Positions 18,171 through 27,604 of a stretch of 29,766 nucleotides of DNA are shown here, in pieces. The notes under the pieces are model-generated. The model was not told where the DNA came from and searched no databases. It saw nothing but the letters and a program-made list of their open reading frames with translations. Source of the DNA: a virus. Lineage: Duplodnaviria > Heunggongvirae > Uroviricota > Caudoviricetes. The DNA lies in IMG/VR virus record IMGVR_UViG_2711768076_000016. The stretch is one strand, 5' to 3'. Made by a program: the position numbers and the translations under genes. Numbering within the stretch: the first letter of the stretch is position 1; every line of letters starts with the position of its first letter.

Positions 18171-18197
18171 AGGCCACCTTCTAATAGGTGGCTTTTT
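18171..18197 (+). terminator. Rho-independent terminator after the moron
   Basis: Stem AGGCCACCT / AGGTGGCTT with loop TCTAAT followed by a T-tract. Confidence 0.55.
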
Positions 18198-18213
18198 AAT
18201 TTTCGGAGTATAT

Positions 18214-19542
18214 ATGACGTGGAAAGACAGGCTTCAGGACGCGTCATTTCGCGGCGTGCCGTTTAAGGTTGAAGAAGAAAGTGCGGGAACCGGTCGCCGT
18301 GTGGAAACACATGAATACCCGAACCGCGACAAACCCTATACCGAAGACCTGGGGAAAATCACTTTTCGCCCGTCCATCACGGCTTATGTGGTGGGAGATG
18401 ACTGCTTTGACCAGCGCGATCGCCTGATTGAAGCGCTGAATAAACCAGGTCCCGGCACGCTTGTCCACCCGACATATGGTGAGCTGAAAGTCTGTGTTGA
18501 CGGGGAAGTTCGGGTCAGCACATCGAAAAGTGAAGGGCGTATTGTCCGCTTTGACCTGAAGTTTGTCGAAGCAGGAGAACTCTCTTACCCCACATCAGGT
18601 GCGGCGACGGCGCAGACGCTGATGTCATCCTGTTCTGCACTGGATGACTGCATCAGTGACAGCTTCAGCGGTTTCAGTATCGATGGTGTGGCGGATTTCG
18701 TGCAGAACGACGTTATCGGTAATGCCAGCATAATGCTGGGGTATGTTTCTGATGCGATGAAAGTGGTGGATTCTGCCGTATCGGATGCCGCCAGGCTGTT
18801 GCAGGGGGATATCTCGGTACTTCTGCCGCCGCCATCGTCAGGCAAAAATTTCGTTGAACAGGTGCAGAAAATGTGGCGTACCGGGAAACGCCTTTATGGT
18901 AACGCCAGCGACCTGGTCACCATGATCAAAACGCTTTCTGGTGTCAGCCTCGGCAGCGATTTGCAACCGCGCGGCGTCTGGAAAACGGACAGTAAAACCA
19001 CCGCCACAGCGACGCAGCAGCGTAACATGGTTGCCAGCACCCTTCGTACGACTGCAATCAGCGAAGCGGCGTATGCCGTTACCCGATTGCCTGCGCCAAC
19101 AACTTCTGCGGTGATGCAGAATGCCGCAGTGGGGCAGTCAACAACACCCGCGCAGAGCTCCGGCTGGCCTGCCGTCACGCATCCGGTGCTGAACAATGCA
19201 CCGGCGGTAAAAAACACGGTTGACCTGCCAACGTGGGAAGAACTGACCGACATTCGCGACACACTGAATACGGCAACTGATAAGGAGTTGTCCCGTACAA
19301 CCAGTGATGCGCTGTTTCTGGCGCTGCGCCGGGTGAAAGCAGATCTGAATGCGGATATCAACACGCGCCTTGAACAGTCTGCACGGATCATTCAGCGCAC
19401 GCCGGATGAGGTTTTACCCGCGCTGGTGCTGGCGGCGACCTGGTTTGATAACGCGGCGCGTGACGCGGACATTATCCGGCGTAATGCCATTACGCATCCC
19501 GGCTTTGTGCCGGTGATCCCTCTGAAGGTGCCAGTGCAATGA
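18214..19542 (+). CDS. DNA circularization protein (Mu gpN-like)
   Basis: 442-aa ORF directly after the tape-measure region, as in Mu-like tails. Confidence 0.55.
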   Translation: MTWKDRLQDASFRGVPFKVEEESAGTGRRVETHEYPNRDKPYTEDLGKITFRPSITAYVVGDDCFDQRDRLIEALNKPGPGTLVHPTYGELKVCVDGEVRVSTSKSEGRIVRFDLKFVEAGELSYPTSGAATAQTLMSSCSALDDCISDSFSGFSIDGVADFVQNDVIGNASIMLGYVSDAMKVVDSAVSDAARLLQGDISVLLPPPSSGKNFVEQVQKMWRTGKRLYGNASDLVTMIKTLSGVSLGSDLQPRGVWKTDSKTTATATQQRNMVASTLRTTAISEAAYAVTRLPAPTTSAVMQNAAVGQSTTPAQSSGWPAVTHPVLNNAPAVKNTVDLPTWEELTDIRDTLNTATDKELSRTTSDALFLALRRVKADLNADINTRLEQSARIIQRTPDEVLPALVLAATWFDNAARDADIIRRNAITHPGFVPVIPLKVPVQ

Positions 19543-20659
19543 ACGATAACGTCACGCTACGGGTAAATGGCCGAGAGTGGAATGGCTGGACATCGGTGCG
19601 CATCGGTGCCGGTATTGAACGGCTGGGGGGGGGGNNNNNNNNNNNNNNNNNNNNNNNNNNNNNNNNNNNNNNNNNNNNNNNNNNNNNNNNNCCCGCCAGT
19701 GGCCGGGAGATGAGGGTATCACCACGCTTCAGCCGCGCATTAAAAATGGTTCAAAAGTGGAAGTGCTGATTGGTGATGAGCTGGTGATCACCGGCTGGGT
19801 GGAGGCGACCCCCGTTCGTTACGATGCCCGTTCGGTCAGCACCGGTATTGCCGGACGTAGTCTGACTGCTGACCTGATTGACTGTGCAGCCGAACCGACA
19901 CAGTTTAACGGACGATCGCTGGTACAGATTGCGCAGGCGCTTGCTGCGCCTTTCGGCATTGAGGTGGTGAACAGCGATGCGCCGTCGGGTGTTATTCCGG
20001 ATGTCCAGCCTGATCACGGTGAAACGGTGATCGAGGTGATCAACAAAATACTCGGTCAGCAGCAGGCGCTGGCTTATGACGACCCGCACGGCAGGCTGGT
20101 GATTGGTGGTATTGGCTCAACGCGGGCACATACCGCGCTGGTACTTGGGGAAAACATCCTTTCCTGTGATACGGAGAAGAGTATCCGGGAGCGGTTTTCA
20201 GTTTACCAGGTGGCGGGGCAGCGTGCCGGAAACGACGATGATTTCGGTGAGGCCACCACCACCGCGCTGCGGGCCCGCACAGAGGATGCATTTATTGCCC
20301 GTTACCGTCCGATGTATATCAGGCAGACAGGGCAGGCTACGGGGGCAGGCTGTATTGCGCGTGCTGACTTTGAAGCCCGACAACGGGCGGCGCGGACGGA
20401 TGAAACCACCTATGTGGTGCAGGGCTGGCGACAGGGTAACGGTACGCTGTGGCAGCCCAACCAGCGGGTGATTGTCTTCGATCCGGTCTGTGGTTTCGAC
20501 AATACCGAACTGCTTGTCTCGGAAGTCACGTTTACTCAGGACCAGAATGGCACCCTGACGGAAATCCGTGTCGGCCCACCTGATGCTTATCTGCCTGAAC
20601 CCGAAGCCCCCGGCGCGCGGAAAAAGAAAAAAGCCAGAGTACAGGAGGACCCGTTCTGA
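19539..20659 (+). CDS. Baseplate hub protein (Mu gpP-like), interrupted by an assembly gap
   Basis: ORFs 19539..19769 and 19757..20659 are a single gene split by the N run; combined length of about 373 codons fits. Confidence 0.5.
19635..19691. other. Assembly gap (57 N) preceded by a 10-nt poly-G tract
   Basis: Read directly from the sequence. Confidence 0.95.
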
Positions 20660-21207
20660 TGAGGACGATTGAAGCCATGCAGCGACAACTTCTCGGCCTG
20701 ATTGGGCGGGCAGTGGTGAAAAGCATCAGTGCCGCCACGAAATGTCAGACCGTGGATGTGTCCCTGATTGCCGGTGAACCCAAAGCCGGGGTTGAACATC
20801 TTGAACCCTACGGTTTTACCGCAAGGGCAAACAGCGGTGCGGAAGCGGTGGTGTTGTTTCCGGATGGCGACCGTTCTCATGCGGTGGTTGTTACGGTGTC
20901 GGACCGGCGCTACCGCCTGAAAGGGCTGCAGACGGGTGAGGTGGCTGTCTATGACGATCAGGGGCAGTCCGTGACGCTGACCCGGGAGGGGATCGTGGTG
21001 GACGGTGCAGGTAAAACGATCACGTTTCGCAATTCACCTAAAGCACGTTTTGAAATGGACCTGGAAGTGACAGGACAGGTGAAAGACCTGTGCGACTCCA
21101 GCGGCACCACCATGTCAGCGATGCGGCTTGCCTATAACGGGCATCGTCACAGAGAGAACGGTCAGGGCAGTAACACCGACAAACCTGATAAAGCGATGGA
21201 GGCATGA
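20659..21207 (+). CDS. Baseplate spike / assembly protein (gpV- or Mu gp45-like)
   Basis: 182-aa ORF, ATGA-coupled, in the baseplate block. Confidence 0.55.
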   Translation: MRTIEAMQRQLLGLIGRAVVKSISAATKCQTVDVSLIAGEPKAGVEHLEPYGFTARANSGAEAVVLFPDGDRSHAVVVTVSDRRYRLKGLQTGEVAVYDDQGQSVTLTREGIVVDGAGKTITFRNSPKARFEMDLEVTGQVKDLCDSSGTTMSAMRLAYNGHRHRENGQGSNTDKPDKAMEA

Positions 21208-21632
21208 TGGAACTGTGGCTGACGGTGAACGGTAAACGCACCTGCGCCAGCGCACCGCTGGATCCGCTGACCCGCGCCGTGGTGATTTCCCTGTTTACCT
21301 GGCGGCGGGCGGAGCCTGATGACAACGCCGACGTCCCGATGGGATGGTGGGGGGATACCTGGCCTGCGGTACAGAATGACCGTTACGGCTCCCGACTGTG
21401 GCTGCTTCAGCGCAGCAAACTGACCAATCAGCTGGTGCTGACGGTAAGGGGGTATATCCGCGAATGCCTGCAATGGATGATTGATGACGGCGTGGTGTCC
21501 CGTATTGATCTGGATATCCGCCGCACCGGGATTAATGAACTGGGTAACAGTATCACTCTCTGGCGTCGTGACGGACCGGTAATGATTTCTTTTGATGATC
21601 TGTGGAGTGCGATAACGCATGGCGGACAGTGA
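21204..21632 (+). CDS. Baseplate protein (Mu gp46-like)
   Basis: 142-aa ORF in the baseplate block. Confidence 0.5.
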   Translation: MMELWLTVNGKRTCASAPLDPLTRAVVISLFTWRRAEPDDNADVPMGWWGDTWPAVQNDRYGSRLWLLQRSKLTNQLVLTVRGYIRECLQWMIDDGVVSRIDLDIRRTGINELGNSITLWRRDGPVMISFDDLWSAITHGGQ

Positions 21633-22677
21633 ATTTCAGCGCCCGACGCTGGCTGAAAATATCAGTATGCTCCGTAACGATTTATTCGCCAGGCTGGACG
21701 TCAGCGACACGCTCCGGCGCATGGATGAAGACGTGCGGGCAAAGGTGTATGCGGCGGCGCTGCATACGGTTTACGGGTACATCGATTATCTGGCAATGAA
21801 CATGCTGCCTGACCTGTGCGATGAGTCCTGGCTGGCGCGACATGCTGCGATGAAACGGTGTCCGCGCAAGGGGGCCACGGCTGCCAGCGGGTATATGCGC
21901 TGGGAAGGTGTCAGCGATGGCCTGAAGGTGACCGCCGGGAGTGTTATTCAGCGCGATGACCTGGTTCAGTATACTGCAACTGCCGATGCAACCAGCTCCG
22001 GTGGTGTCCTGCGCGTGCCGATCGCCTGCTCAAATGCAGGCGCGGTCGGTAACGCTGACGACGGTACGGCATTAATCCTGGTCACGCCGGTGAATGGTCT
22101 GCCGTCTTCCGGTGTGGCTGACACCCTGACAGGCGGATTTGATACTGAAGAGCTGGAAACGTGGCGCGCCCGCGTCATTGAGCGGTATTACTGGACGCCG
22201 CAGGGCGGGGCTGACGGGGACTATGTCGTATGGGCTAAAGAAGTGCCCGGCATTACCCGCGCATGGACATACCGTCACTGGATGGGAACGGGAACTGTCG
22301 GTGTGATGATTGCCAGCAGTGACCTGATTAATCCCATTCCGGAAGAATCAACGGAAACGGCGGCAAGACAACATATCGGGCCACTGGCCCCGGTGGCAGG
22401 CTCTGATTTGTATGTGTTCAGGCCGGTGGCACATACGGTGGATTTTCATATCCGCGTGACGCCGGACACACCGGAAATACGGGCTGCCATCACCGCGGAG
22501 TTGCGTTCGTTCCTGCTGCGTGATGGTTATCCGCAGGGAGAACTGAAGGTATCGCGTATCAGTGAGGCGATTTCCGGTGCGAACGGGGAATACAGCCATC
22601 AGTTGCTTGCACCGGCAGACAATATCTCCATTGCAAAAAATGAACTGGCGGTACTGGGGACGATTTCATGGACGTGA
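21619..22677 (+). CDS. Baseplate J-like protein (Mu gp47-like)
   Basis: 352-aa ORF; size and position upstream of the tail-fibre genes. Confidence 0.65.
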   Translation: MADSEFQRPTLAENISMLRNDLFARLDVSDTLRRMDEDVRAKVYAAALHTVYGYIDYLAMNMLPDLCDESWLARHAAMKRCPRKGATAASGYMRWEGVSDGLKVTAGSVIQRDDLVQYTATADATSSGGVLRVPIACSNAGAVGNADDGTALILVTPVNGLPSSGVADTLTGGFDTEELETWRARVIERYYWTPQGGADGDYVVWAKEVPGITRAWTYRHWMGTGTVGVMIASSDLINPIPEESTETAARQHIGPLAPVAGSDLYVFRPVAHTVDFHIRVTPDTPEIRAAITAELRSFLLRDGYPQGELKVSRISEAISGANGEYSHQLLAPADNISIAKNELAVLGTISWT

Positions 22678-23252
22678 CAAACGATGATTACATCCGTCTG
22701 TTGTCGGCACTGTTGCCCCCCGGTCCGGCGTGGTCAGCCAGCGATCCGGCGATTGCCGGTGCGGCACCGTCATTAACCCGCGTTCATCAGCGTGCGGATG
22801 CCCTGATGCGGGAGCTGGATCCGCGCACCACCACTGAACTGATAAACCGCTGGGAGCGTCTGTGCGGTCTGCCGGATGAATGTATTCCCGCAGGGACACA
22901 GACCCTTCGCCAGCGTCAGCAACGGCTGGATGCGAAGGTTAACCTGGCGGGTGGCATCAACGAGGATTTTTATCTTGCACAGCTTGCTGCCCTGGGCAGA
23001 CCAGATGCCGCCATCACGCGATACGACAAAAGCACGTTCACCTGCTCATCGGCCTGTACTGACGCTGTGAACGCGCCTGAATGGCGGTATTACTGGCAGG
23101 TCAACATGCCAGCCGCCACCAACACCACCTGGATGACATGTGGCGATCCCTGTGATTCCGCACTGCGTATCTGGGGCGACACAGTTGTCGAATGTGTGCT
23201 TAACAAACTCTGCCCGTCGCATACCTACGTAATTTTTAAATATCCGGAGTAA
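22668..23252 (+). CDS. Tail protein (Mu gp48-like, YmfQ-like)
   Basis: 194-aa ORF immediately upstream of the tail fibre; same size and position as e14 YmfQ (recalled, not searched). Confidence 0.55.
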   Translation: MDVTNDDYIRLLSALLPPGPAWSASDPAIAGAAPSLTRVHQRADALMRELDPRTTTELINRWERLCGLPDECIPAGTQTLRQRQQRLDAKVNLAGGINEDFYLAQLAALGRPDAAITRYDKSTFTCSSACTDAVNAPEWRYYWQVNMPAATNTTWMTCGDPCDSALRIWGDTVVECVLNKLCPSHTYVIFKYPE

Positions 23253-23255
23253 TCC

Positions 23256-23894
23256 ATGCATCGTATAGACACGAAAACCGCGCAGAAGGATAAGTTCGGC
23301 GCGGGTAAGAACGGTTTTACCCGTGGTAACCCCCAGACCGGCACGCCTGCCACCGATCTGGATGATGACTACTTTGACATGTTGCAGGAAGAGCTCTGCA
23401 GCGTGGTGGAGGCATCCGGTGCCAGCCTGGAGAAGGGGCGGCATGACCAGCTGCTTACCGCGCTTCGTGCGCTGCTGTTAAGTCGCAAAAATCCGTTTGG
23501 CGATATCAAATCGGACGGCACGGTGAAAACGGCTCTTCAAAACCTTGGTTTGGGAGAAGCGGCAAAACGGAATGTAGGTAACGGGCAAAATGGTCTGAAT
23601 GGGTATGTAACGATTCCGTTAATTATTTCAGGTTCCCGGAGAACACTGATTATTCAGTGGGGGCAGGCGAGATTTGGTGGGTCTGGTGGTGAAGATGCCG
23701 GATATCTTAATGATTTTCCTTTTGCCTTTCCGTCAGCATGTTATGGAATGATAGTTAGTCATGTGGGGCATACACCTTCAGGCGCAGGAATCCTGTCGGC
23801 TTCTGCAATTACATCAAATCAGTTCCGCGGTTTTTCAAGCATAGCGACTGCTGCAAATGCTGTATTAGGTCGTTATATCGCTATAGGGGGTTAA
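23256..23894 (+). CDS. Tail fibre protein: constant N-terminal part plus the currently expressed variable C-terminal part
   Basis: 212-aa ORF; the inverted repeat and crossover site lie inside it (23533-23590); the C-terminal third is AT-rich. Confidence 0.7.
   Translation: MHRIDTKTAQKDKFGAGKNGFTRGNPQTGTPATDLDDDYFDMLQEELCSVVEASGASLEKGRHDQLLTALRALLLSRKNPFGDIKSDGTVKTALQNLGLGEAAKRNVGNGQNGLNGYVTIPLIISGSRRTLIIQWGQARFGGSGGEDAGYLNDFPFAFPSACYGMIVSHVGHTPSGAGILSASAITSNQFRGFSSIATAANAVLGRYIAIGG
23533..23558 (-). repeat. Left crossover site of the invertible segment (Pin/Gin/Hin-type 26-bp site)
   Basis: Read on the minus strand: TTCTCCCAAACC-AA-GGTTTTGAAGAG. Lies within a 46-bp inverted repeat (23545-23590) that matches 25031-25076 exactly. 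Confidence 0.65.
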
Positions 23895-23895
23895 T

Positions 23896-24333
23896 ATGTT
23901 TTATAGTCCATCATTAAACATTTTTGTGAATCCTGCGCTTAAGGATGATTACATTAATGCAAATTCATGGCCAGATGATGCTCTGGCTGTCAGTGATGAT
24001 GTTTATAATGAATTTGCAATCAATACGCCCCCATATGACAAAATTCGTGTTGCAGGAAAAAATGGATTACCCACATGGGCACTAATACCTCCACCATCGC
24101 ATGAAGAACTTATTCAACAGGCAGAATCAGAAAGGCAATTATTGCTTAATCAGGCCAACGAATACATGAACAGTAAACAATGGCCCGGTAAAGCCGCTAT
24201 TGGTCGTCTGAAAGACGAGGAACTGGCACTATATAATTTGTGGCTGGATTACCTGGACGCACTGGAACTGGTGGATACCTCCAGTGCTCCAGATATTGAA
24301 TGGCCTACACCTCCGGTAACTCAGGCCAGCTAA
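23896..24333 (+). CDS. Tail fibre assembly protein (Tfa), expressed orientation
   Basis: 145-aa ORF directly after the fibre gene; conserved Tfa C-terminus (VDTSSAPDIEWP). Confidence 0.65.
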   Translation: MFYSPSLNIFVNPALKDDYINANSWPDDALAVSDDVYNEFAINTPPYDKIRVAGKNGLPTWALIPPPSHEELIQQAESERQLLLNQANEYMNSKQWPGKAAIGRLKDEELALYNLWLDYLDALELVDTSSAPDIEWPTPPVTQAS

Positions 24334-24700
24334 TCTCAGGAGCCGTCGAAGTGTCGACGGCTTTTACTTCTTTTTTGTAGTCCATCCAGGCGGATAGTTT
24401 TTCTTTATCTGTACTGCTGATATCACCAAGCATTAATTCCACTCGCCAGTCAGCTGTGACATTATCGGCATGAGCAAGTAACTGCATTCGCTGATTTTCA
24501 GCACGTGCGACATAATCAATCGCCGGAGATTTCAGTACCGGTAAACCATTTTCATCTGACGTGATTAATTTACCCCCTTCCTGCTGTCCGGCAATTAATT
24601 CATTGTATAAGTCTGTACTTATCTCAACAATGTCAGCAGGCATGTCGCTGTTTATACCATCAAAGAAAAAACCATTAGTCGATTTTGAGAAATAAATCAT
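24305..24700 (-). CDS. Alternative tail fibre assembly protein (Tfa'), silent orientation
   Basis: Minus-strand ORF 24305..24730, likely start at the Met at 24700; C-terminus VDTSTAPEISWP parallels the + strand Tfa; converges tail-to-tail with it. Confidence 0.65.
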   Translation of the reverse strand: MIYFSKSTNGFFFDGINSDMPADIVEISTDLYNELIAGQQEGGKLITSDENGLPVLKSPAIDYVARAENQRMQLLAHADNVTADWRVELMLGDISSTDKEKLSAWMDYKKEVKAVDTSTAPEISWPELPEV

Positions 24701-24708
24701 AGATATAC

Positions 24709-25076
24709 CTATACACCGATTGCTACCCAAAAACAGGACCTTTCATATTTGACAATTTCTCCCTGAGATATACCGCCAACAATTATATAGAACTGTGATT
24801 TGGTGATATCAGAACAGTTCGCAATGCCCATTGCAGATATACCAGCCAACGACGTTGTATGTGGCACAGCCAACAGCGCAAGTGAACGATTTGGGAATGT
24901 TACCGGGTAAGTCACCGTATAGTTTGATGCTCCACTGACAATACCCCACTGAATAATCAGACCTGAAGGGAGTTTTTGAAAACCCGTTGATGAAAGTGAA
25001 CTGGCAAACGCCGCCATATCCGGAATTTGGTTTTGCCCGTTACCTACATTCCGTTTTGCCGCTTCTCCCAAACCAA
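24709..25076 (-). CDS. Alternative variable tail-fibre C-terminal segment, promoterless until inversion
   Basis: Minus-strand frame begins with the same residues encoded by the inverted repeat ([14 protein letters not shown]) as the + strand fibre, then diverges. Confidence 0.6.
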
Positions 25077-25088
25077 CGTTTATGAAAA
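25063..25088 (+). repeat. Right crossover site of the invertible segment
   Basis: TTCTCCCAAACC-AA-CGTTTATGAAAA; resembles the hix/gix-type site layout (12 + 2 + 12). Confidence 0.65.
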
Positions 25089-25142
25089 TGCAGAAATAAC
25101 GAGAAAATGGCATCATTCCTGCTTTTGTCAGAGGGAGCTACC

Positions 25143-25334
25143 ATGCTTATTGGCTATGTTTGCGTATCAACAAATGACCAGAAAATCGATCTACAACGTA
25201 ATGCGTTGAACTGTGCAGGATGCGAGCTGATTTTTGAAGACAAGATAAGCGGTACAAAGTCCGAGAGCCTAGGGCTGACAGTGCTGTTCTTGATGCAAAT
25301 TAAAGGATTTAATAGTGAGTTGCGGCCTTACTAA
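25143..25334 (+). pseudogene. pin: Truncated serine DNA invertase (Pin/Gin/Hin family), N-terminal about 45 residues only
   Basis: MLIGYVCVSTNDQKIDLQRNALNCAGCELIFEDKISGTK matches the invertase catalytic N-terminus including the active-site Ser. Similarity ends near 25278 and the frame stops after 18 unrelated codons. GAGGGA Shine-Dalgarno at 25131-25136. Confidence 0.7.
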
Positions 25335-25345
25335 TGTAAGGCCGC
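25322..25345. terminator. Hairpin between the truncated invertase and the convergent restriction-like gene
   Basis: Stem GCGGCCTTA / TAAGGCCGC with loop CTAATG; 22 bp from the stop of the minus-strand gene. Confidence 0.4.
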
Positions 25346-25367
25346 TATAATCATTTTATTAATTGCA

Positions 25368-27257
25368 TTAATCGTATTTTGGCCATACTTTCAATGCAAT
25401 TTCCCCCAACTTTTTACCTCGCTCCTGTATTTCACTCTCATCCCATTTATCCTTAAGTATAAGTGGTATGTTCAGTCGTAGATTGGTGTGGACGATGAGA
25501 GCATCACGTTTTTTCAGAAATACAGCATTCTGAACGGAACGGTTTACGCTAAGGTTAAGCAAAGTTAGATTTCCCAACGTAGCTATCGCTTGTTGCCGTT
25601 TCCTTACCAGTAGCTGTTCAGGGGTAAGATCGGTTCCAGACAGAACAATTTGGTTCATTACCGTAGCATCTGAATTTGTCACCATATGACCATTTTCGAG
25701 AGGCCAACAGGAATACCAACTTTGAGGCATAAGATGATCGATATCGAGATTAGAAAGATTTGGAACATCAGGCTTTTCTGTCTTCACTTGGCGACAAAGT
25801 TCTCTTTCAAGTTCCGTTAACATTGAGCGCATTTTCGGTGCGTCGAGCCTGCCAGGATAAAGTGGAGCATTGATGCAAGCGTTGAGAAATTCTGAGTCCC
25901 CAGGCCAACGTGAGGCTTCGCCATTTAAGCTATTGAGGATATTACGTAACTCAACACTGGAAATTTCCGTTTTAGACAAGTGTCGCAATACATTCATAAA
26001 TACATTGTTGTAATTCTTTGGCGTCAGGCCACATACGGATCTTCGTACTACGTAGGAGACAAGATCATTATACATGGCTGCTTTCTCATCATCGGCGATG
26101 TTAGCTATCGAAATGAACAAAGCAAGCGGATAGAGTGTCGTCACATCATAGGCTGCGATGCGATGTCCAAAGTGTGAGATGGGGGTTGTGCCAAAACCAC
26201 CAACCAATTCTTTATATTGTGATGCATATTGTTTGAGGCGCTTTACTTGCAGATCTGCTCGTTGTGAAGGCAAGTCCTTACTTACATAATCACGATACTC
26301 ATTGTAAAGGCGAGACAGATCAATTTCACGCTGCCTTTCTGATTGCAATGTCGCATGTACAAGCCACTCCATGCGTGGTTTATTAATACGTCCACGGCGT
26401 TGCTTTTCCGACCAGTATTTATCTTCAAAGATCTTCCACTCATTTTCATATAATTCAATAGCATTAATATTTTCATGCTCAGCGCACATAAAGATATAGT
26501 TGCGAATAAGATCCGTTGCATGAAGTTCCGCTCCTCGCCCATTTAATGTTTCAAAAATTATTTGGGCATCATCTTCAGCTTCGAGAAATATGCTTACCAG
26601 TTTCAGATCCGTCAAGACAGCCTCAATTAGTGCTACAGCATTTTCTTGTGGTGAGTGGTTTTCTATTTTAATCCATTTTATAAAGGCTTCAGTAAAAAAC
26701 CATAATGCCTCTAGTGACGGCGGGTGGTTGAAATGTTTACGTAACGTACCATGTTGCGTGAAGCTATCAGAAAATACATTACGGAGATCGTCAATATTAT
26801 CAACATTAAGACTTTGAATAAAATGAGTTTGATCTCGAAAAGTTGGCCACAGTTTGAAGCATTCTACCTTTTTATTTCTCATCGTTGCTTCGTTTGTATT
26901 TTTCAAGCAAGTCAATACTAACCCTTCCAGTTCAGAAAGGCCTGTAGCACGCAATGATAATCGAATGGATGCCAGAATATATTGAAGAGTGGTTAAACGT
27001 TGCTGGCCGTCAATAATATGTATGGTATCTACACCTAACAAGCTGTTTTTGAGTTGAGGTTCCAGCACCACCGCGCCGAGGAAATGAGGGGTTGGTTTTG
27101 TTCCCGAAAGTCGGCTCTGTGCTTTTTCGAAGATATCCTCCAACAAAGCTGACCATTGGTTTCGTTGCGTCCATACGTAGGCACGTTGATAGAATGGAAC
27201 ACGATATTGTCGTTGATTTTGGAAAATTTGCTGGATGGTTAGCGTTTCGGATTTCAT
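25368..27257 (-). CDS. DUF262/DUF1524 fusion protein; putative GmrSD-family type IV (modification-dependent) restriction endonuclease
   Basis: 629-aa minus-strand ORF. N-terminal DUF262/ParB-like motifs (FYQRAYVW, IIDGQQRLTT, FETLNGRGAELHATDLIRN). C-terminal DUF1524/His-Me-finger motifs (DIDHLMPQS, GNLTLLNLSVNRSVQN). AT-rich, convergent with the phage late operon. Confidence 0.7.
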   Translation of the reverse strand: MKSETLTIQQIFQNQRQYRVPFYQRAYVWTQRNQWSALLEDIFEKAQSRLSGTKPTPHFLGAVVLEPQLKNSLLGVDTIHIIDGQQRLTTLQYILASIRLSLRATGLSELEGLVLTCLKNTNEATMRNKKVECFKLWPTFRDQTHFIQSLNVDNIDDLRNVFSDSFTQHGTLRKHFNHPPSLEALWFFTEAFIKWIKIENHSPQENAVALIEAVLTDLKLVSIFLEAEDDAQIIFETLNGRGAELHATDLIRNYIFMCAEHENINAIELYENEWKIFEDKYWSEKQRRGRINKPRMEWLVHATLQSERQREIDLSRLYNEYRDYVSKDLPSQRADLQVKRLKQYASQYKELVGGFGTTPISHFGHRIAAYDVTTLYPLALFISIANIADDEKAAMYNDLVSYVVRRSVCGLTPKNYNNVFMNVLRHLSKTEISSVELRNILNSLNGEASRWPGDSEFLNACINAPLYPGRLDAPKMRSMLTELERELCRQVKTEKPDVPNLSNLDIDHLMPQSWYSCWPLENGHMVTNSDATVMNQIVLSGTDLTPEQLLVRKRQQAIATLGNLTLLNLSVNRSVQNAVFLKKRDALIVHTNLRLNIPLILKDKWDESEIQERGKKLGEIALKVWPKYD

Positions 27258-27519
27258 TGTTTACCTATAAATAACATTAAGTGACATTCCACAAGAGTAA
27301 GAAATTCATCTGAGTCAGAACAATCATTTTTATGTAGTTATGATACAGTGTATTTGTTACTGGTGAAGTAAAAATAAGAAACCCCGCTTTTGAATGCTGA
27401 CGCGCTACGGTTTCATTGGATATTTTTTGTCTCTCCTCCATCCCGTTGGTGTTCTGTTTAGACTGATAACTTGCTGTTTTAATTGATATTAGTTTCTTGC
27501 GCCGCCCAATCATGGTTGG

Positions 27520-27539
27520 TGGGTTGGTGGGTGGGTGGG
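27520..27539 (+). repeat. G-quadruplex-type motif (GGG TTGGT GGG T GGG T GGG) within short GGTKGGT repeats
   Basis: Read directly; lies about 265 bp upstream of the start of the minus-strand restriction-like gene. Confidence 0.5.
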
Positions 27540-27604
27540 AGTTAAATCCACATTGGTATGAAGAACATAGAATATGAATTAGTGTTTCAGAATTGCTTCA
27601 GCCA

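Larger units (their letters stand above)
23547..25074. other. Invertible tail-fibre segment (about 1.5 kb; G/C/P-segment type)
   Basis: Bounded by inverted 26-bp crossover sites; contains a variable fibre end plus a tfa gene on each strand, mirror-arranged. Confidence 0.7.

Noticed and set aside
18894-19391. Minus-strand ORF 18894..19391
   Set aside because: Antisense to the DNA-circularization gene.
19635-19691. N run as a biological feature
   Set aside because: It is an assembly gap, not sequence.
25107-25142. Upstream ATG (25107) for the invertase remnant
   Set aside because: The invertase-family N-terminus begins at MLIGYV (25143), which has a Shine-Dalgarno; the 12-codon extension is likely an ORF-caller artefact.
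27277-27513. Minus-strand ORF 27277..27513 (78 aa) directly upstream of the restriction-like gene
   Set aside because: Low-complexity translation, no ribosome-binding site, and it occupies what is more plausibly the promoter/5'UTR region.
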